Source: Octopus sinensis (taxonomy: Eukaryota). Taken from it: a DNA stretch of 64,000 nt. Below, one piece after another: positions 38,769 through 54,080 of the stretch; the first letter of the stretch is position 1; each line of letters begins with the position of its first letter. The DNA lies in NCBI RefSeq assembly GCF_006345805.1, contig NC_043003.1, forward strand, positions 1,798,001 through 1,862,000. The letters run 5' to 3'. Position numbers and translations under genes: made by a program. The notes beneath the pieces were generated by a model that saw nothing but the letters and a program-made list of their open reading frames with translations, did not search any database and was not told where the DNA came from.

Positions 38769-38924
38769 TCCTTCACCAGGTGTCATGGGAAAATTTTGAA
38801 CCTGGGTTCTTATTCCTAAGATATTTTTCGATATTATTATTACAATTATTCAGGTCACTGCCTGGAATCGAACTCAAAATCTTGGGGTTAGTAGCCCATG
38901 CTCTTAACCCCTACGCCATATGCC
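38769..38924 (-). mobile_element. Family E SINE, truncated within the hammerhead
   Basis: tRNA-like head and spacer intact; core mutated (CTGGTGA) and ends in stem II. Confidence 0.7.
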
Positions 38925-40059
38925 TGGGTTCTTCTTTAGTTTTATTATTTTCCTCCGAGGCACCTTTATAGCTACGGAGATCAGCTTTATTTATTTGATG
39001 TCTTTGGTTTCAAATATGGAATGAGGGAAAGGAAAAACAAAAAAAGTGCATGGGTGTGCGGTAAGGAGTTTGTTTCTCGACCACATGGTTCTGAGTTCAG
39101 TCCCACTACACCTTGGGCATTTGTCTTCTACTGTAGCCTCAGGCTGACCAATGCTTTGCAAGTGGATCTGGTAGATGGAAACTGAACGAAGCCCGTTGTG
39201 TGTGTGTGTGTGGGAGAGGTAAACCCAGGAAGATATAGGATGAAGTACTGAAAGATGACCTCAGGACAACCTTACAGAGGAGATGACAAAAGACCAAGGT
39301 AACCGTTGCCTTGCTGTACTCTAGAAGGCCTGTCCTCTAATGCCACTCGCTGATACTCCTGAAGAGGTTTGGCCAGCAGGAGCCCTGCACTGGCACCACG
39401 TAAAAAGCACCCAGCACACCCTGTAAAGTGGTTGGCATTAAGAAGGTACCCAGTCACGGAGACCATGCCGAACCCGGCTGGAACCTGGTGCAGCCCTCTT
39501 GCTTCCCAGCTCTGAGTCAAATCACGCAACTCATGCCAGCACAAGAAAGGATGATGATGATGATGATCTGTGTTTGTCCTCCAGCACACCACTTGGCAAC
39601 CAGTGTTGGTGTGTTTATGTCCCCATAACTTAGCGGTTCAGCAAAAGAGGCTGATAGAATAAGGATCAAGTTAAAAAAAAAAAAAAGAAGACGAATAGGG
39701 ATCGACTCATTTGACTGAAAGATTCAAAGTGGTGCCCCAGCATGGCCACAGTCTAATGACTGAAAGCATGCAAAAGGTTTAATGTTTTACAAAGCATTAG
39801 TAAGATGCTGTAGCAGTCAGTCATAGAAGTAACGGGGGGGGAGGGGACAAAAATATGCAACCCCCACAATAAAAAATAAATAAATAAATAATCGGGGGGG
39901 GGGGCGTACTGAAGGAATATTAAGATAGAAGCCAGCAAAGTGGAGGGGGGGGGGAGAAAAAAAAGTAAGTTGAATGGGGGGGGGGCGCTAGAGAGAGAGA
40001 TGAGGTTGGAGGTACAGAGAATCTGGTGAATTGTCCAATCAGCATCCTTACACTACACA

Positions 40060-40098
<39 letters not shown>

Positions 40099-42659
40099 TA
40101 GATAGATATATAGTTACATGTATATATGTGTGTGTGTGTACAAATTCCTTCCAGGTAAGGAAAGCTAACATATACACAAAGATATTAACCTAAATAGATT
40201 AATACAGCAGCAGAGATTAAAATCTGCTTTTGTTATTTTCTCTTTTCCTTTCTTTTCAAAGAAAAAAAGAAAGAAAAAAAAGATTACTCAGTGAAAAGTG
40301 AGCTGAAAAGAGGATTAAAAACATTGTAGGAAGGTGATGGTGACAATTTCCTTATTTGCTTTCAGTGCATTGAAAAATTACAAAAGACTACAAAACAAAA
40401 CAACAAAACAAAACCGTCCCCTAAAAACAGAGAGCATTCAGGAGAGAAACAAAATAAAGAAAATGGAGGGGGTAACATTATTACATTAGGGGGCAGTGTA
40501 AGTGATGGAGGTTTAGACTGCAATATTTCTCTCTTCTTTCTCCATGGCTGCTGTGTTAAGACCATGCTGCAGCTCCTGGTAGTCAATAAAATTGAAATCT
40601 GCAGACGAAGTAAGGTGTGTCTTTGCAAACAAAAACTACATACATACATATATATAAAATGCATACACACACATCTTATTTTAATGTGTATAACGAACCC
40701 TTTTTTGTCAAAAATTAGGTTAAAAAAATATGGGAGGTTCTTATATATGGATAGTATAAGAATCCCTTACAAAACCTTTTTTCCCAAATTTTAAGCCACG
40801 CGTTAAAATACAGTATATATTCCTTTATGCGTTCCAGCCCAAAAGCTATGATGCCCCAGCAAAAGTTGGACTGCTGTGACCAGGATTTGAACCTGGGTTA
40901 CCACAGCTACAACATGGGGTGCTGGCCACTAGACAATCTCAGCCATTTATATTTATTTAATCAGAAGTTACAGAGTGACTCAAAAGCCAAGAGTTTCGTG
41001 TGTTGGCTTCCCTGGATTAAATAAAGAAAAAAATCTGAATTACTTTTTTTTTTATTTATTTCAGTCATTTGACTTGCAGCCATACTGGAGCACCACCCTT
41101 AGTCGAACAAATCGACCCCATGACTTATTCTTTGTTAGCTTAGTATTTATTCTATTGGTCTCTTTTTGCTGAACTGTTAAGTTATAGGGATGTGAACACA
41201 CCAACATCGGTTGTCAAACAGACAGACACACACACATATGATGGGCTTCTTTCAGTTTCCATCTACCAAATCCACTCACAAGGCTTTGGTTGGCCCGCGG
41301 CTATAGTAGAAGACACTTGCCCAAGGTGCCACATAGTGGGACTGAACCCAGAACCATGTGATTGGTAAGCAAGCTACTTACCACACAGCCACTCCTGTGT
41401 CTTTTCATACAATCAATTTAAAACCTCTTTTTTTTTTTATTGGTTTCAGTCACTAGACTTTGAAGGTGGTGCCCAAGCTGGAGCAGCCCCATCAAAAACT
41501 TTTAGTTGATCATATAAAGCCCCAGTGGTCCTTATCAAACCAAAAGCCAGAGTTTCACATGACAGGTTTCTGCACAATTTCCAAAGCTACTGTAAAAGAT
41601 CTGTTGCCCAAGGTACCGTATGGCAGGATTGAACCTAGAACCATGAGGCTGCAGAGTGAACTTTTTAACCACAGAGCTATGTTTATCTCCAAAAGGGAAG
41701 AAAACTGGTGATAATGAAAATTAAGTGAAATGACAGGAGGCGGAGGAGCGGTAAAAGGCTGAGCAGTGCAAAGGTTTTTAGAAGAGAAATTAAGAAAATT
41801 TATTGTGCTTTTCAAAAAGGTTTTGCCACCAGCATAACTGACCTAGTTAAGTTAGAGTTAACATAATTAACAGAGTAGCATGGACAATCTAATTAGACAA
41901 AAATAATTATGCAGTGAGGAAAAGGTGGTGTTAATTCAATGACTAATATTATCTTAATTATTTGAACAAGAGCTGAAGGACAGAGGTAATGAGGTTTAAA
42001 CCATTAGTGAACAGGTCTAAGCTATATAACAGGGGTCCTCGGAGGGTCTCTGCCTCCCTTATGCCCAGTTGTGTTAGGTGTACACCTCATGAAGTATACA
42101 GTGTAAAATTGTTGAACACCACAGAAAGACAATAAACGTGTGGTAAGTAGCTTGCTTACCAACCACATGGTCCCGGGTTCAGTCCTACTGCATGCCACTT
42201 TGGGCAAGTGCCTTCTACTATAGCCTCGGGCCGACCAAAGCCTTCTGAGTGGATTTGGTAGACGGAAACTGGAAGAAGCCCGTCGTATATATGTATATGT
42301 CTGTCCCCCCGAACATCGCTTGACAACCAATGCTGATGTGTTTACGTCCCCGTCAGTGGTTCGGCAAAAGAAACCAATAGAATAAGTCCTAGGCTTACAA
42401 AAGAGTAAGTTCTGGGGTTGATTTGCTCGACTTAAGGGGGTGCTCCAGCATGGCCACAGTCACAATGACCGAAACAAGTAAAAGTGTGTATGTTATTTGG
42501 TCTGCCCCCCCCCCGTTTGGCTTTTGTTCCCACCACCCTCCCTTCTAGACATCAAGGACTTAATCTACATGTCCAACAACACCCACTCTTGTGTTAGAAG
42601 ATGACCCTTTATTCCACCCAACCTTTCTACAGCCATTATCATCCACATAAAACCTAGAC

Positions 42660-42867
42660 CAGTGATTTTCAATCTTTCTAATATCCAGGGGCCAGATCCC
42701 AAACCTGGATTTGTTTAGGGGACACACTAAAAAAAAAAAAAAAAAAAGGGAATACCAATCAATTGAAGAAAAATTTATTATATTTATAGAGAGAAGACGA
42801 TCAGGGGTCTCTGGAAGGATACTTGAGGGCTGCATGCAGACCTGGGAGCAGCGGTTGAGAACCGTTG
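42660..42867. mobile_element. hAT (Charlie-like) MITE
   Basis: Degenerate TIRs CAGTGATTTTCAATC / GGTTGAGAACCGTTG; TSD ACCTAGAC / ACCTAGAT (7/8). Confidence 0.6.
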
Positions 42868-43399
42868 ACCTAGATACATGCTAAACCTCAATGGCCAGAG
42901 ACCTTGAGAGTATCTTCCAAGGGGCCATACCAATCTTGTCTCTTAGCAGCAAAAAGAACTCAAGCCTTAATTCATATCAAGAAAACAACCCATCATTTCT
43001 AAATACAGAGGGTACTCAGTTAAGGACTTCATGGTTACTCCAGATGCTGGGCCTACTATCACTGAGGAGCTGGCAGAATCATTAGCATGCCAGGCGAAAT
43101 GCTTAGCGATATTTCGCCTGCAATTACATTCTGAGTTCACATTGAGTGTGGTCGTTGCCAGAACCGCCTGACTGGCCCTTGTGCCGGTGGCACACAAAAA
43201 GCACCTACTACACTGGTGTTAGGAAGGGCATCCAGTTGTAGAAACATTGCCAGATCAGATTGGAGCTTGGTGCAGCCACTGGCTCTCCGTCCAACCCATG
43301 CCAGCATGGTAAAGGGACATTAAACGATGATGATTATCCAACCTCCTACACTGCTCCAACTACTAGCGACATCAGCAAAACCTCCTGACTTCATACCTT

Positions 43400-43660
43400 A
43401 CTTAAAAAACAAATCACATAGCAATGGTACCTTAAGAAAAGAACAGAAACTGCTGACTGGTTGGGTAGCTGTCACACCCACGCTTTTCAGTCTCTACCTG
43501 TACAACCTCCATTCACTCTCACACAAATCTGCACAAAGCCTTACATGCAGTAGGCGTCCTGCCACCATGCCTCAATCGCTAAGCCTAACCAACCACCTAG
43601 AAACCTATCTCCAAACAAATGAAGTAAGAAGGACTCCTACCAGTTACACCAGAGAATGTC
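43400..43660 (+). pseudogene. Degenerate non-LTR RT fragment (clade uncertain)
   Basis: VTPTLFSLYLYNL resembles (L)APTLFNLY; downstream HLETYLQTN. Confidence 0.4.
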
Positions 43661-44122
43661 AAACACAACAACAACAACCATCATCATCATCAAACAGGAG
43701 ACAAAAAAAAAGAAGAAAAACACCAGCAACTCTTCTCCTACGTTTGTAGTTGAGAGGAAACACAGAAGGAGAAGAGAGTATAAAAAATGCAGAAATACCA
43801 GCAGCACTCTCTCAGGCATCCCACTTAAACTAACAGAAAAAAAGCAACTACCATCTTACGACGGAAAAATAGTTTAGATCTTGAACATTTTTCCATAACA
43901 AGTAATAACAAAAACAAAAAAAACAACCCTTTTATTCCTGTATTTGTTTCAGTCATTTGACTGTGGCCACGCTGGAGCGTCACCTTTAGTCAAACAAATT
44001 CACCATAGGATTTATTCTCTTTTGACGAACTGCTAGGTTACAGGGATGTAAACACACCAACATCGGTTCTCAAGTGATGATGAGGGGGGGGGGACAAACA
44101 CACACTATATATATATATATAA

Positions 44123-44282
44123 ACGCAGGGTGGCTGTGTGGTAAGTAGCTTGCTAACCAACCACATGGTTCCGGGTTCAGTCCCACTGCGAGGCATCTTG
44201 GGCAAGTGTTTTCTACTATAGCCTTGGGCTGACCAATGCCTTGTGAGTGGAGTTGGTAGACGGAAACTGAAAGAAGCCTGTC

Positions 44283-44337
<55 letters not shown>

Positions 44338-44596
44338 AATATATATATATATATTATATATATATATATTGTGTGTGGTGTGTGTATGTATATGTTTGTG
44401 TGTCTGTGTTTTCTCCCTAGCATTGCTTGACAACCGATGCTGGTGTGTTTACGTCCCCGTCACTTAGCGGTTCGGCAAAAGAGACCGATAGAATAAGTAC
44501 TGAGCTTACAAAGAATAAGTCCCAGGGTCAATTTGCTCGAGTAAAGGCGGTGCTCCAGCATGGCCGCAGTCAAATGACTGAAACAAGTAAAAGAAT
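44123..44596 (+). mobile_element. Family B CORE-like tRNA SINE (representative; roughly 30 copies or fragments across 1.5-56 kb)
   Basis: TGGCTGTGTGG A box, GGGTTCAGTCCC B box, CORE-like CTTGGGCAAGTG, internal microsatellite, tail GACTGAAACAAGTAAAAGA. Confidence 0.8.
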
Positions 44597-47589
44597 ATAT
44601 TTATTCTTTCAGTTTCTGTCTATCAAATCCATTTCACAAGGCTTTGGTTGGGCCGAGACTATAGAAGACACCTGGGACCATGTGGTTGGTAAACACACAG
44701 TCATGCCTGCATCTAGTGTACTTTGCATAAAAAAACTAGTTGCTGTATGGACTTTACCTGCATGTTGAAAGACCGAATGGAGAACATGTGAGTGAGTTTG
44801 TGGCAATCATGACTGTAGTCCTAACAGCACTGGATGTGTTTGCATGGTGAAGAATCCTCTCTGAATAACATCCAGAACATTAAAGATAACACTGACTGGC
44901 GCTTGTGCCAGTGGCACATAAAAAGCAATATCTGAACATGATCGATGCCAGGCCCACCTGATTGGCACCTATGCCAGTGGCACGTAAAAAGCACCCACTA
45001 CACTCTCAGAGTGGTCGGCATTACGAAGAGCATCCAGCTGTAGAAACTTTGCCAGATCAGATTGGAGCCTGGTGCAGCCGCTGGCTCTCCAGACCTCAAT
45101 CACACCGTCCAACCCATGCCAGCATGGAAAACGGACGTTAAACGATGATAATGACACTGTATAATCATATACACCCAGTTCAGACAAACACAAAAAGTAG
45201 AAAGATAAAGATAACATAATCATCAGTAATCTCGTTAATCTTCAAATCCTAAATCCGCCAGTCATCACTCACAAACAGGTCAGTGTGGCTCAGCAACATG
45301 TACCATGCTGTTGGTAATCGTCTGAGGTACCTTTGGAAATTGCTTGAGGTACCTATACAGTACAGAGCAGATACAGACACTCACTTGGCTGCCAACCAAT
45401 TCACATGTGGAGCTAATGAAACAGCCCCAAAATGTGACACCTGGAGGAAGACGGGGGTTGGGGGGGGGGGGGCTGCATCAGAAACTGGCTGAGATTCATT
45501 TACAGTTGAGTAGACAGGTATTGTGAAATTAAGTACCTTGCTCAACGATATAATGAGCCGGTTGGACTAAAGGCTAAACCTGTGATCAGAGGATCAAGTG
45601 CTGAACATCTGAACCCATTATCTGCTAATTTCTATTCGTTTTAGCCATTAGACTGTGGCCATGCTGGGGTACTGCCTTGAAGAATGTTTTAGTCGAATGA
45701 ATTGACCCCAGGACTTAGCTACCAAATCCACTCACAAGGATTTGGTTAGTTTGAGGCTGTAGTAGAAGACACTTGCCCAAGGTGTCATGCAGTGGGACTG
45801 AACCCAGAACCATGTGGTTGGGAAGCAAACTTCTCAACCACACAGCCACGCCTAGTCACACCTTCAAATTTTAGAACAGCATTTGTTGTCCTTGCATTAA
45901 GTTCACCCACAATGTCAACCTGAACAGTCAGTGCCATCAGAACCCAGTGGAAAGCCAACAAGAAAGTCTTTACATGGTTGCTTAACCTGCTAGAAATAAC
46001 AGCTAAGTTTCCTGCAAATCACATCCCAATGTTTAAAAAAACAAAACTGTTGGATAATATAGTCTTTGATAGTTATAACTAAGTCTTTGATCACTGATCC
46101 TTATAATCTTTACATTCATTTTTCCATGCTTGCATGGGTCAGATGGAATGTCTACAGCTGAAAGCCCTGACTGTTGCCCACCCTCAGCTGTTTCCAAGGA
46201 AGGTAATATTTCCCCCATGGGCCAGACAGACATGTTTCCACAGAAGATGGGCAACGAAGGACACTGCTGATATGATGGAGATACTCATGATATATCAAGA
46301 CGAGGACACACCAACTCCACACACGGATGCCTGCACTTACAGCTGTGCCACAGAACCTCACAAAACCAGACACCAATATTCAAGCATCGTCGAAGCCTAA
46401 ATAGGTGACATCAACATCATCATTTAACATCTGCTTTCCATGCTGGTATGGGTTGACTGGAGATGACAAACTGGAAAGTTGTACCAGGCTCCAGTCTGCT
46501 TTGGCTTGGTTTCTATGGCTGGATGCCCTTCCTCATGCCAACCACTCTACAGAGTGCACTGGGTGCCTTTTAAGGGTCACTAACACAGGTGCCTTTTACC
46601 TATGAAGAAAACCAAACAGTATCCAAGTAAGCAATCCCCACAGACTATATACACACATATATAAACAAGATTTTTCAGCTTCCAGCCATCAAATCCACTC
46701 CCAAGACTTTGGTCATCCTGGGGCTGTAGTAAGACATTTGTCTATGGTACCACACAGTGGAACTGAACCTGGAACTAAGGAATTGGAAAGCAAGCTTCTT
46801 AACCACGCAGTCATGGCGCCAAATAACAACAACAACAACAACAACAACAAAATGCAGCCAATGCAGATTGCCAAACTGCATCTGTAGAAGTAGGCAGATC
46901 TGTGAGACTGGATCTGTAAGATACACCACAGCATTTGCTAACTTGGATTAATCAACAACAGACCAAACCAGTTTGGTTTTCTTCTTAAAAGAACTTTATT
47001 AAAAGAATCATAAAACATGCAATGATGAAATTTCATTATAAATCTATAAATAAACACACAAGTTACTAATTTATTTCATAATTAGCAGCAGCTGGTTCTA
47101 AGTTATTCATACTGCAGACTGTGAATATTCTAAGGCATGACTGAGTGGTAAAGAAGCTTGCTTTGCAACTCTGTGGTTTGGGGTTCACTCCCACTGTGTG
47201 GCACCTAGAGCAAGAGTCTATCAAAACCCTGGGCCGACCAATGCTTTGAGAGTGAATTTCGTAGACAGAAACTTTGTGGAAGCTAATCATAAGTGTCTTT
47301 GAATGTATGTCTGTGTGTCTGTCTCCCTCACCACTTGACACCTGGTGTTGGTTTGTTTGTGTCCCTCTAAATCTTAACACTGGCAAAGACAAACAAGTAC
47401 CAGACTTAAGTGAAAAAAAATTAGTACTGGGGTTAATTTGTTTAACAAAACCCCTTCAAGGTGGTGCTCCAGCATGGCTGCAGTCCAATGACTAAAACAA
47501 GTGAAAGAACTGACCGATTCTAGATTCTTTATAAGGTTTGCCAAACACAACAATTAAGGACAACTTTAAAGAAGACAATCAATATTACA

Positions 47590-47755
47590 GATTTAGCTTA
47601 ATTGCACTCACTCACTCTCACTCTCTCACACACTCACTCTCAGTTTCTCTCACTCACTCACTCACTCTTAGTTTCTCTCACTCACAACCTCACTCTCACA
47701 CTCACTCACACTCTCTCTCACATTCACACCCTCCCTCTCTCACACTCACTCACAA
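47590..47755. repeat. (CTCA)n/(CT)n/(CA)n low-complexity repeat
   Basis: Seen directly. Confidence 0.85.
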
Positions 47756-49529
47756 ACATACTTGGCATAATAGATATATAAACCTTGAACAATGTCAAAA
47801 ACAATGAAATTAGTCATGAAGAAATGTTAGATTTCCTTAAAAAAAGAAAAAAAAAAAAAGACAAAACAAAAACAAGCAGCAAAAGAAGCTGCCAATTCTA
47901 ATTTTGGCATTCTGACACTTAAAAAATTCTGTTGTTTTCTTCTTAGAAAAATTTTTTCTTGCAAAGCACAAATTCTTGTTACCTGTCTGAATATTATTCC
48001 CGACCAGTCACCCATTTGAAGTTATTTCGACAATAAACATCTGCACTGGGGATCCAGTTCCATTTATTCTGAGAAATCTCAACTGAAGCAGGAGAGACAA
48101 GAGCAAATTTAAAAGGGGTTATTATACAAAGTCCCTTCATCCTACCCCACCTCAATAACACCTCACCTATTCTCACCACCCCCAATGTCCCTTGAGGGAA
48201 GGTTCAGACAGCCCCACCATCATTTCTCTCACTTATCACTGTCTTTATCGCCAACTCATTTTTTTGGTTTTCCAACTGGGGCAGCCATGTATCTACACTT
48301 CAGCAACTGGGACAAAGTCACCCCTGCTCACCCAGTCGAGAGGGGTTTTTTTTTGGGGGGGGGGGTCATACCAGGTACTTGGTGACCCTGTCAGTACTGG
48401 TGCTACACAAAAAGCACTGGCGTGGGTGCCACGTAAAAGACATCCAGTCCACTCTGTAAAGTGGTTGGCATTCGGAAGGGCATCCAGCTGTAGAAACCAT
48501 GCCAAAACAAACAATGGAATCTAGTGAGGCTCCTGGCCTTGCCAGCCCTTATCAATCCAACTAACCCATACCAAGATGGGAAACAGACATTAACTGATGA
48601 TGATGATGTAGTTAGCTTCTTTAATGTGACCTTCAAGACCCCAACCAAAGTCAAGAAATACCAGAAATATATTTCAGGTCTGACAATTACCCAGGGATGT
48701 CATCTGCACGGAAAATAAGTTAGTGCCACCACAGGATACTGGAGGTGAAAAAAAATTAATTAATGATACTTATGTAGTGAGACTAACATCATCCTCATCA
48801 TCATCTAATGTCCACTTGTCCATGCTTGCATGGGTTGGATGGAATTTTGAGGCAGATTTGCTACAGCTGGATGCCCTTCCTGTCGACAACCCTCACCAAC
48901 TTTTCAAGCAAGATTAATATTTCCTCGTGGCCAGACGGGTTTTGTGAAAAACTGGGAACAAATATCACTGGTTTACAACTACCACATGATATCAAGACAA
49001 GGGCACACACACACATTATAGTAGGTGCTGCACAGTAGGATCGAACCCAAAACCACATGGTTAGGAAGCAAGTTTCTTAAACACACAGCCAAGCCATAAC
49101 TTTAACAAAATTCCTCCAGAAATAAAACCAGCTTTGGCTGTTTATTCTATTAATGTTCTTTTTGTCTTTTTTTTTCTTTCGTTTCCTTGTTACTCTATAA
49201 ATATATTCTTTTGCATAGCTTCCCATTTTAGAGAATAATGATCACAGCCATGGCTGTTTGTCTTACATTCCAACACGTTCTTGTAACAAAAGTGTATAAA
49301 CAAAGCGAAGCAGGTGAGCCAATACAGCATCGTTTTAAGTCTGCTTTTCCATGTAGGCACAGGGAAATCATCATCATCATCATCGTTATAACATTCAATT
49401 TGCCATTCTTGCAATGGGTAGGTCAAGTCAGTTCTTTGGAATTACTGCTCCACTCCCTAGAGATGGGTTGGGAGCCATATCTCACTTGTATGTCCATGTT
49501 TGGCATGCTTTCTACACAGTCATCATGGC

Positions 49530-49880
49530 ACTCCATCAGTTAGGACGATGAGGAGGGTTCCAGTTGATCCGATCAACAGAACAGCGTGAAATTAACATGC
49601 AAGTGGCTGAGCACTCCACAGACACGTGTACCCTTAATGTAGTTCTCAGAGAGATTCAGCGTGACACAGAGTGTGACAAGACTGGCCCCTTTGAAATATG
49701 GGGGCAACAGAAACAGGAAGAAAGAGCAAGAGAAAGTGGTGGTGAAAGAATACAACAGGGTTCGCTATCACCCCCTGCGGGCAGGAGGCTTGTGGAGCTT
49801 CAGGTGTTTTTCGCTCAGTAAACACTCACAACGCCCGGTCTGGGAATCGAAACCACAATCCCACAACCACATGTCCTTCC
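49530..49880 (-). mobile_element. Further tRNA-derived SINE (family D)
   Basis: Minus-strand GGTTTCGATTCCC B box at the right end, followed by a distinct body. Confidence 0.55.
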
Positions 49881-50526
49881 TACTGCACACTCGTTTACAG
49901 AGTGTACTGGATGTATTTTATCATGGCACCAACACCAGAGAGGTTGTCCTGTCCTTGGCAAGAATTAAACAGTTCTTTCTGCATTGTTCTATTTGTCAAC
50001 CACTTTACAGAGTGTACTTGGCACATTGTCAGTTATAAAGAGTGAAAAGTTTAACAGGAATTAAACAAACACAATAAAGCTAACGAACATCTGCAAATAA
50101 ATTATCAACATGAAGATTATTCTTTCCTCATCATTCAACATCTGCTTTTCCATGCTTGCATGGGTTGGATGGAATTTGGTGAGGCAGATGTTCTACAGCT
50201 GGATGCCATTCCTGTCACCAACCATTACTGGTTTCCCAGCAAGGTTATCCCCCCTTGCAAGGCATGTTTTTTTTTTAAGGAAGACTGAAAATGAACAACC
50301 TCGCTTGTAGTTTGATGACGATGCTCATTTACAACCACCATCTGGTATCAAGACAATGGTACACACACGTGTGATGGGCTTCTTTCAGTTTCCATCAACC
50401 AAATTCACTCACGAGGAACTGGTCAGCTCAAGGACATAGTAGAAGACACTTGTCCAAAGTGCCAGGCAATGGAAGTAAACCCAAGACCACAGGATGGGGA
50501 AGGAAGCATCTTAACCACACCTGTGC

Positions 50527-51067
50527 CAGTGGTTCTCAACCATCTTTTACCTGTAGCCAATGACAGTACTGCTTGATTGGCACTCGTGCCAGTGGAACTT
50601 TAAGAGCACCAACTGAGCATGATTGTTGCCAGGACCACGGACTGGCTCCCATGCCGGAGGCACATAAAAAGCACCATTCGAGCATGGTCGTTGCCAGTAC
50701 CGCCTGACTGGCCCTTGTGCTGGTGGCAATTAAAGGCACCCACTACACACTCAGAGTGGTTGGTGTTAGGAAGGGCATCCAGCTGTAGAAACTCTGCCAG
50801 ATCAGATTGGAGCCTACTGGCTCGCCAGTCCTCAAACCGTCCAGTCCATGCCAGAATGGAAAGCAGATGTTAAATGATGATGATGATGATAATGATGAAC
50901 CTTTGGATTCCTATTCTATTCAGATTATATTTTTTACAATTAATTATTATTAGGAATTGTATTCAAAAAATTATTTAAATATTTTCTGTATTAATCATGT
51001 ATAATTAATTAATTGCAGATAAATTTCAACAGCAAAATTTTACATGGACCTCAGTTGAGAACCACTA
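50527..51067. mobile_element. hAT-like MITE interrupted by a family C SINE
   Basis: TIR-like CAGTGGTTCTCAACC and GTTGAGAACCACTA; no TSD recognised. Confidence 0.45.
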
Positions 51068-51075
51068 ATATACAC

Positions 51076-51457
51076 TATTCTTTTATTTGTTTCAGTCATT
51101 TGACTGCGGCCATGCTGGAGCACTGCCTTTAGTCAAACAAATCAACCCCAGGACTTATTCTTTGTAAGCCTAGTACTTATTCTATCGGTCTCTTTTTTGT
51201 CGAACTGCTAAGTTACGTGGATGTAAACATACCAGCATCGGTTGTCAAGTGATGTTAGGGGGGAGGGGGGGGGGGGGGCAAATACACATATATGATGGGC
51301 TTCTTTCAGTTTCCATCTACCAAATCCTCTCACAAGGCTTTGGATGACCCGAGACTATAGTAGAAGACACTTGCCCAAGGTGGCACGCAGTGGGTCTGAA
51401 CCCAGAACCATGTGGTTGGTTAAGCAAGATACTCACCACACAGCCACTCCTGCGCCC
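51076..51457 (-). mobile_element. Family B SINE
   Basis: Near-consensus full-length copy. Confidence 0.8.
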
Positions 51458-53349
51458 TAAAAGATTCCTTTAAAATAAAATGGGTAGATTTTTGAGAATG
51501 AACAGAAGGGGATAAATTTGGAGTTAATACCCAGAAAACAACAGCTTTGAAAGAGGACCCTTTTTTTTTTAATCCACACAAAAACTGGCAAAGGGAGATT
51601 GCTTGCTCTCCACTAAACAACAACAGAATATTGGTAATGGTTTTAACTAATTAAGACAAAGGAAAAACAGCAACAATCTTGAACAACCTTAAGAAATTAA
51701 TCACCACAAAGAATGTATCTAATTGGATAGGTTTTGTCTTCTTTACAATCGTGTTTTTAGATTATTTATGACTTTGATCATCATCATCATCATCATCATT
51801 TTGACATGTTTTCCATGCTGGCATGGGTTGGACAGTTTGACAGGAGCTGGAAACTCGGAGGGCTGCACTGACGCCCTTCCTAACATTAACCACTTGACAG
51901 AGTGTGTTGGGTACTTTTCATGTGGCACCAGCACCAGTGATTTTCATGTGGCACCAGTGCAGGTGCTTTTTACATGGAGCCAAAGCGCAATAATGAAATC
52001 AAGAGGTGTAGCTATGTGGCAAGAAGTTTGCTTCCCAGCCACATGGTTTTGGGTTCAGACCCACTGCATGGTACCTGGGGCAAATGACTTCAAAGTTTTC
52101 TGAGTGGATTTGAGAGACAGAAACTGAACGAAATGCGGGAGTGTGAGAATGTGTACATTTACGTCTCCTCGTCGTAAATGAGTGTCACTGTTATACAAGC
52201 AGTATTGTTCATTTCCAATATTCTACGTAAACACGTTTGGCCCTGAGAGATATCACCTTACTTGGAAATGGGTGAGGATTGGCAACATGAAGGGCATTCA
52301 ACAACAGAAAAGCTGGCTCAATAAACTTTCTCAGACATATGCAAGGGATGGAAAACCTTTCAAAAATTACAAAGGAGAAACTTGAATTCTCTAATGATAA
52401 ACAAAATTCAAGAGTCTAAATATTCTTTAGTACAACGAAATGGAATCATTATCTACTTTTCCTTTCCTTACCAAACATAAATATGGAAGAACTCAATGTT
52501 TGGGGTTTAAGTAACTTTAGCTTTGCTTGTTAACTTCCATGTAAGAATATAGTATTGCATCACTTCAGGTTATCACATCAAGTAAAGAACAAACAATTAG
52601 GGACGAAATGTGTAATTAATACATCATTAAAATTAATTTACTCAGACATGCCACTAGCATGACAAAACAACAGTTAAGGTACAGTTGTTGTTAGACCTAC
52701 AGATTGAGATTAAAACCCATTCTGACGGTCAAGATTTAAAGTAAAAAAGACATTAAAAAATGATACATTCCTATTACTGACAGCCAATTTGTTATTTAGT
52801 AAATAAACCATTACAGATGATTGGCAGACATTCCAAGTAGCTATCACTTCCTCACGGAGAAAAGTGTCAGTAAATAATTGCCCAAAAAGGGTAAGGAAAT
52901 GGAAGAAATGGAATATTAAAGAATTCAATGTTTTGGATGAATTCTTTCACAGAAGAAAACAATTACCCAATTCCTTGCTCAATTTCTTTCTTCATGAATT
53001 AGTTAGCGATAGCTATTCTGAAAGTCCACCAATCAGTTATTACACCCGTCTTACAGGTGTAATAGTTTATTTAACTAATAGCCGTCAATAATAAACCGTT
53101 CTGCTACCATATTTCTGGCGAAATACACTGATTTTATTTCAGGAATTTTAAAAATAAATAATGAAGATTTTAGTAAAATAAATTTGTCGTTATGCTGTAT
53201 TTGGAATATAAATTAACATGGAATTTTGGTGGAAGGCTTCAGATCACTTTAAAAGAGGGAACTGTTTGTATCATAGAGCTAGGGGCATTTTCAGGTGGGC
53301 TATGGCAATACTCATTTACAGTCATCACAAAATGCCAAGATAGAGGGAC

Positions 53350-53495
53350 AAACACACACACATACATATATACACACACACACATACACATACATATATA
53401 CACACACACACATACACATACATATATACACACACACACATACACATACATATATACACACACACACACACACATATATACACACACACACATAC

Positions 53496-53528
<33 letters not shown>

Positions 53529-53544
53529 CACACACACATACATA

Positions 53545-53606
<62 letters not shown>

Positions 53607-53740
53607 CACCACACACATACATATATATACACACACACACATATATATACACACACACACACATACATATATATACACACACACACACATATATATACAC
53701 ACACACACACATACATACATATATATACACACACACACAC

Positions 53741-53775
<35 letters not shown>

Positions 53776-53821
53776 CACACACACACACATACATATATAT
53801 ATACACACACACACACATACA

Positions 53822-53857
<36 letters not shown>

Positions 53858-54035
53858 CACACACATACATATATACACACACATACATATATACACACAC
53901 ATACATATATACACACACATACATATATATATACACACATACATACATATATACACACATACATATATACACACACACATATACACACACACACATACAT
54001 ACACACACACACATACATACACACACACATGTATG

Positions 54036-54075
<40 letters not shown>

Positions 54076-54080
54076 TACAT
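53350..54080. repeat. Compound (AC)/(AT) microsatellite
   Basis: Seen directly. Confidence 0.95.

Noticed and set aside
52864-53091. Possible Penelope RT remnant (NFFLHEL, PPISYY)
   Set aside because: Catalytic YxDD absent and similarity too weak to call without a profile search.
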